A stretch of DNA of 64,000 nucleotides, taken from NCBI GenBank assembly GCA_017993235.1, contig JAGONC010000014.1:7149-71148 (forward strand), given 5' to 3'. The notes beneath the pieces were generated by a model, which did no database searches, was not told the DNA's origin, and worked only from the letters and a program-made list of their open reading frames with translations. The stretch's first letter is position 1, and the number at the start of each line of letters is the position of its first letter. This document shows positions 59,573 through 64,000 of this stretch, one piece after another. Source of the DNA: Lentimicrobiaceae bacterium. GTDB lineage: Bacteria; Bacteroidota; Bacteroidia; Bacteroidales; JAGONC01. Made by a program: the position numbers and the translations under genes.

Positions 59573-61909
59573 TGTACCGGGCCTGTAGGTTGCAGCTTGC
59601 AGCTTGGATAGATTTCTTGCCTGATTCAGGAATTCCGGCAGGTTCATCTCCCTGAAATAGATCAGTCCGTGAGCTGCACGTATCCTGGGATGGGGATTTT
59701 CGTAAAAGAAGTTCTTCCCAAGCAAAAGCTGAATCTCTTTCAGCTGCTCCACCCAGATCCTCTGTGCCAGTTCAGAAAAAGGTCCGTCATATTCATAACT
59801 GGGAAACGAAGCGTTGACCTGGCTGACGTAACAATCCCGGAAAGCCTCACGGGTCATGGCAAGGGAGTTCAGTGAGACAGGAACAATGACACTGGCTTCG
59901 GCAGGATGAAAACGATACCAGACGTTTCGGTATCCCCAGATCCGAAGGCGGCTGAGATCAGCCTGACCGCTCCATTCCCTGAGTGCTTCCGCCAGGGTCT
60001 GAAGAACCTTATAATGCGTATCAGGACCGCTTCCCTCCGGATCGAGAGCCACGCTGATCACCGTTGGCTGAACGTGGAGGATCAGATCCAGCAGGGGTTT
60101 CACGTCCCTCTCCCTGTCCGGTTGTTCAGTAAAAATATCCCCCGTATAGAATCCCAGTCGCAGATGATGTATGTTTTTCACCTGTACCCCGAAATGAGCC
60201 CAAACCAGTTCCTCTTCAAACTCCCGGATCATCCCTTTCAATACCTGGATTTCCGGAGGATTCTTTTCCCCGTCATAACTTGACTGCAGACAGGAAAGAA
60301 TGGTCCGGATCTGCTGCGACAATGCATTCGTATCCGTTATACCATAGATCCGGACGATGGCCCTGATGACCCGGTGTGCCAGACCGCGGCGTCGTTCAAA
60401 AGGATCCATGGATGCTACATTATCCAGAAAATGATAAACATCCTTATCCCATTTGTAAAGATAGCCCTGAGAAAAAAAATCAGGATACAGCAGCATCTGG
60501 ACCAGCCCTTTTTCAATGAACATCAGCGTATCGGCAAGCACATCGCGGATAATGGAATTGGTGATGGCGGTAAAACCAGAGGTGAGAATGGCAAAATGAA
60601 ATTGATTGGTGGCCGATCGTAGCTGATGAGCAATATGAGGAAGCAGACCCAGCATGATATCGTCATGGTGTGGGCCTGTGTGCAGGAAGGTTTGATCCAG
60701 CTCCTGCTCCACCCCTTTCCATAATTTCCCAGTGATCGCCTGGCTCACCAACTGAACGGTTTGAAGGCCCAGGTCCGGGATCTGACTGCAGGCCGGATCA
60801 TTCTCCAGATCTTCCCGCTGCAGGTGGTGGCCATATTTGTCAATTCTTTTGCACAGATCGATCACAGCCCTTTCGGTTTTTTCCTGGTTCCACGATCCCT
60901 GGGCATAATATCCCCTGACGCTGTCGGATAAACGTGAGGCAGCACCCTGGGTGAGATAGAAGCGGCTGCCTGGAAGCTTTTGAAGTACGGTAGCCGGATA
61001 GACATTGGTGGGTTCGTTCTCCAGTGATGCTTTAATGATCCCTGCTTTGGCCTCCCCTGCTGCAAAAATGATCGCGGTCGCTTCAGGATTGTAGGTTATC
61101 GTTTCCAGACCGATGGTGATCACCATGCGGTACCTCGAGATTTCAATCCCGCCCAGGTCACTGGCAGCCACTGCCTGTGTTTCAAAATTGGTAGCCGTCA
61201 ACCTGGTGGTGGAATGATGATCGGATCCTCTTATATTGAAGGCAATATGCCCATCGGGACCGATCCCTCCCAGAAAAAATCCAATTCCTCCCAGCTCACG
61301 AATCCTTTTCTCATAACGGGTACACCAGTCATCGATCATAAAGATGGAATCGCGCTGAATCTGGTCAGCCCGTGTTGAGCACTCCCTGTACCGCAATGTA
61401 TTGTCAATGATATGACCGGGGAAGACCTGGCTGTAATGCATCCCCGAAACCAGGGGTATCTCGTCAGCATTGATCAGCAAAGCTCTGTTTCGGTCAAGAT
61501 TGAATCTCTCAATGTAAAATTTATTGACATAGTAATAAAAACTGTTGTGCTGGCCTGGAGATATGGGATAAAATTCATCGATCTGAACAAAATGGAGCCT
61601 GCTCAGGTCAGGTTTCCTTGAGACCGTAAGGCCATATTTCTCCCGGATATCCCTTGTTTTAGGGTCATTCCATCGGTTAAGGAAAAACTCGGTCCAGGAG
61701 ATGAAGTATTCCGGGGTTTTGCCGGTTGGAAGGCTGATCACCCCATCGGGATTCATTGAGACCCATTCCAGGAACCGGAGCGCGGTCAGCATACCCAGTG
61801 TAGGGAAACTGTCCACGATAACATAGGGAACAGATGTTGTCGGCTCTGTCTGGCCTGACAGACGGATAAAAGCAGCCTCAACCGGCGAATATCCACAGGT
61901 CTCCATCAC
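59564..61909 (-). CDS. nagB: Glucosamine-6-phosphate deaminase (NagB-like) fused to a LmbE/PIG-L-like deacetylase domain
   Basis: N-terminal half has ISLPTGKTPEYF and GGIGPDGHIAFN (NagB). The C-terminal half has HTGPHHDDIMLG (the PIG-L/LmbE PHxDD motif). 781 aa. Confidence 0.85.
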   Translation of the reverse strand: MMETCGYSPVEAAFIRLSGQTEPTTSVPYVIVDSFPTLGMLTALRFLEWVSMNPDGVISLPTGKTPEYFISWTEFFLNRWNDPKTRDIREKYGLTVSRKPDLSRLHFVQIDEFYPISPGQHNSFYYYVNKFYIERFNLDRNRALLINADEIPLVSGMHYSQVFPGHIIDNTLRYRECSTRADQIQRDSIFMIDDWCTRYEKRIRELGGIGFFLGGIGPDGHIAFNIRGSDHHSTTRLTATNFETQAVAASDLGGIEISRYRMVITIGLETITYNPEATAIIFAAGEAKAGIIKASLENEPTNVYPATVLQKLPGSRFYLTQGAASRLSDSVRGYYAQGSWNQEKTERAVIDLCKRIDKYGHHLQREDLENDPACSQIPDLGLQTVQLVSQAITGKLWKGVEQELDQTFLHTGPHHDDIMLGLLPHIAHQLRSATNQFHFAILTSGFTAITNSIIRDVLADTLMFIEKGLVQMLLYPDFFSQGYLYKWDKDVYHFLDNVASMDPFERRRGLAHRVIRAIVRIYGITDTNALSQQIRTILSCLQSSYDGEKNPPEIQVLKGMIREFEEELVWAHFGVQVKNIHHLRLGFYTGDIFTEQPDRERDVKPLLDLILHVQPTVISVALDPEGSGPDTHYKVLQTLAEALREWSGQADLSRLRIWGYRNVWYRFHPAEASVIVPVSLNSLAMTREAFRDCYVSQVNASFPSYEYDGPFSELAQRIWVEQLKEIQLLLGKNFFYENPHPRIRAAHGLIYFREMNLPEFLNQARNLSKLQAATYRPGTDI

Positions 61910-61928
61910 GTAGCTTTTATATATGACT

Positions 61929-61936
61929 CAAATGTA
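61929..61936 (-). promoter_or_regulatory. Candidate -7 promoter box TACATTTG
   Basis: The plus strand reads CAAATGTA, 19 nt upstream of the ATG at 61909. Confidence 0.35.
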
Positions 61937-61971
61937 AGAAATATAATTTCATACTATCTGTGTTCTTCCAC

Positions 61972-63897
61972 CTAGTCGTGTACGGAAGTCAACACCACCG
62001 CCACACCACCACCCGGTGACATATGCACCGTTAGTTGGTCATGGGAGGAGATCCGGCCCGAGACTTTTGAAAAATCGCCTGCAAAACGGTCGCTGTTCCA
62101 TCCATCCTGGTAAAGTTCATATTCATAGGTATCACCGGAAAGGAACGACAGGTCGATGGTAAACTCACGGGATGACCAGTCGGTCATGCCACCCAGAAAC
62201 CAGCGGCTCCCGCTTCTGCGTGCTACGATCACATAATCACCCACTTTTGCATCCAGCACTACCGTTTCATCCCAGACGGAGGGCACTTCCGATAGAAATT
62301 CCATGCATTCGTTTTCTTTCAGGTAATTCGACGGGCTGTCGGCCAGCATCTGCAAGGGGCTTTCGTAAACGATATACATGGCCAGCTGGTGGCATCGGGT
62401 TCCCTGACTCATGGGACGATCAAAGACGGGATGGAATTGCTCCTGCTGTGCATTGAGCATGGCACCGGGAGTGTAATCCATCGGCCCGGCTGCCATCCGG
62501 ATAAAAGGCAGGGTGACATCATGTTCGGGAGTGATCACATCACTCCATTTGTTCCATTCCAGCCCCCTGACGCCTTCACCGGTCAGTACGTTCGGCCAGG
62601 TGCGATTCAGTCCGGAGGGTTTGTACGCACCGTGAAAATCCACCAGCAGCTTCCGGCTGGCTGCCTTGCGGGCAATCTTCCAGTAATACTCCACCATCGG
62701 CTGATCGTCGCGCTGCATGAAATCCACCTTGATCCCTTTTACACCCCATGCGGCAAACTGGTCCAGCGCTTCCTGAAGCTGGTCATCAAGGGTTTTCCAT
62801 ATCACCCACAGGATGATCCCTACATTTTTTTCATTCCCGTACCTGACAATTTCCTGAATATTGATTTCAGGGATAATCTCCAACAGGTTTCCCAGTTTGT
62901 ACCAGCCCTCATCCAGGATCACATATTCGATCCCGTGATCAGAGGCAAAATCAATGTAATATTTGTATGTCTCCGTGTTAACACCGCTTTTAAAGTCGAC
63001 ACCATAAATATTGTTTGCATTCCACCAGTCCCAGGCCACCTTGCCGGGTTTGATCCATGACGGATCCTTTATCCGGCAGGGGGATGACAGAAGCCAGGGC
63101 AGCTGGTTGCTGATCAGTTGCCCGTCGTTTCCCGCAATCACCATGATCCGCCAGGGGAAATCGCGCGTGCCGGCTGTTTTGGCAATATAATCGTACCGGT
63201 TCACCACCCTGACATCCCTGTCCCTGGTCTGTTCCACCGTTCTGGGATAGGCTGGGAAGAGGGGCACGAGTGTGTGGTCTCCCTTTCCGGTGAGCCACAT
63301 GCCCGGATAATCCTCCAGTGAGGATTCCGTCAGCAGTATCTTGGTGCCCCCGGGCGACTCCACCAGCGCAGGAAGGCTGCAAAAGCGCCCAGGAGTAATG
63401 CTGTCGACAGGCAGATACAGGTAGGCCCGTTCATTGTGCGAAAAAAAACTTTGCTCCTCAGGAAAATAGATATGGGTTTGACCGGGAAAACCCAGCAGGC
63501 ACTTCTCATCCTCTACGATGATATCCCCATCGAAACGCGTATGGAAACGATAGGCAAATCCATCGTCATATACCCTGAAGACCAGTGAATAGTCCCCTTT
63601 GAACCTTATCTCCAGCTCATTGCACTGGTCGGAGATCCGTTCACTCTTTTGTTTGACCACCGGAATCAAGACCGTATCCATGCTGGTCAACCGATGCGAC
63701 CTGACAGCTGCACCCTGGCCAATGGTCCCTTTATCCCGGATAATCATTGCGATATCCGATAATTTCATCACCTGTTCACCCTGGTAAAACACAGTTGCGG
63801 TGATGCTTTCCCTGGTGTCGATCACTGCCTGAATCGTATTGTCAGGCGATCCAACGCGGAAAGGCTGTCCGATCAGTACACCGGGCTTAAAAAACAC
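61972..63897 (-). CDS. GH97 glycoside hydrolase (alpha-glucosidase/alpha-galactosidase family); N-terminal signal peptide disrupted
   Basis: GIEYVILDEGW and GVKGIKVDFMQRDDQ are typical of GH97. GTG start in the track. The upstream in-frame sequence reads ATG TAA then SYLISFCIALF. Confidence 0.85.
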   Translation of the reverse strand: MFFKPGVLIGQPFRVGSPDNTIQAVIDTRESITATVFYQGEQVMKLSDIAMIIRDKGTIGQGAAVRSHRLTSMDTVLIPVVKQKSERISDQCNELEIRFKGDYSLVFRVYDDGFAYRFHTRFDGDIIVEDEKCLLGFPGQTHIYFPEEQSFFSHNERAYLYLPVDSITPGRFCSLPALVESPGGTKILLTESSLEDYPGMWLTGKGDHTLVPLFPAYPRTVEQTRDRDVRVVNRYDYIAKTAGTRDFPWRIMVIAGNDGQLISNQLPWLLSSPCRIKDPSWIKPGKVAWDWWNANNIYGVDFKSGVNTETYKYYIDFASDHGIEYVILDEGWYKLGNLLEIIPEINIQEIVRYGNEKNVGIILWVIWKTLDDQLQEALDQFAAWGVKGIKVDFMQRDDQPMVEYYWKIARKAASRKLLVDFHGAYKPSGLNRTWPNVLTGEGVRGLEWNKWSDVITPEHDVTLPFIRMAAGPMDYTPGAMLNAQQEQFHPVFDRPMSQGTRCHQLAMYIVYESPLQMLADSPSNYLKENECMEFLSEVPSVWDETVVLDAKVGDYVIVARRSGSRWFLGGMTDWSSREFTIDLSFLSGDTYEYELYQDGWNSDRFAGDFSKVSGRISSHDQLTVHMSPGGGVAVVLTSVHD

Positions 63898-63978
63898 GAA
63901 CAGCGCAATGCAGAAGCTGATAAGATAGGATTACATGAAGAACGGTTTTGCCCTGCAAGTTCGGGAAAAATCAAATCG

Positions 63979-63992
63979 GATATCAGATATAG
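63979..63992. repeat. Two GATATCA-type heptamers (GATATCA GATATAG) near the window end
   Basis: Same word as at 13127-13140 and 59531-59572. Confidence 0.6.
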
Positions 63993-64000
63993 GTTAATCT

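Noticed and set aside
63931-63933. Alternative genetic code (TAA read through) as an explanation for the TAA at codon 2 of GH97
   Set aside because: TAA, TAG and TGA all terminate well-supported genes in the window. Examples are TAA at 6578-6580 and the GRE gene, TGA for ahcY, and TAG for EamA and DPP-IV.

Overview
This window looks like a chromosomal segment of an anaerobic member of the Bacteroidota. Supporting signs are a T9SS C-terminal sorting domain, a PorV/PorQ-like gene, a CarboxypepD_reg-type TonB-dependent receptor, many TAnnTTTG -7 promoter boxes and a rich glycoside hydrolase repertoire. I support about 46 protein-coding genes at high coding density. By eye I see no rRNA, tRNA, CRISPR array, intact IS, prophage or recognisable defence genes.

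Main blocks:
1. 1-2785: ahcY plus small lipoprotein and membrane genes.
2. 2888-12041: a three-gene outer-membrane module of unknown function. It has an oversized TonB-dependent-receptor-like barrel, a 1436-aa T9SS cargo protein and a PorV/PorQ-like protein.
3. 12224-19432: greA, a HIT protein, purF and two peptidases (C69, M14).
4. 19492-28880: a minus-strand N-acetylhexosamine utilisation and salvage locus. It carries GH20, a second glycoside hydrolase with the same C-terminal modules, an SSS transporter, a nucleotidyltransferase and a NahK-like anomeric kinase. It is split by a REP-like repeat cluster and a RAYT/IS200-like transposase remnant.
5. 28980-36842: acyl-CoA ligase, GH2 beta-galactosidase and a LolA-like/MMPL pair.
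6. 43216-48464: a glycyl-radical-enzyme operon with a minimal activase, an eliminase-type GRE, an EamA transporter and a Cys/Thr proline-racemase-family protein. It is most simply read as anaerobic hydroxyproline catabolism.
7. 48733-63897: housekeeping and peptidase genes (thioesterase, EF-G, HtrA, PD40 protein, TrkAH, DPP-IV), a NagB-LmbE fusion and GH97.

The most unusual non-genic signal is a set of short-period tandem arrays (7, 8 and 10 nt). They sit exactly at gene junctions, sometimes in frame inside ORFs, and the same words recur at distant sites. Two secreted-protein genes also have lesions at the start of their signal peptides. All functional calls rest on motif and family recognition by eye. 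No database search was run.
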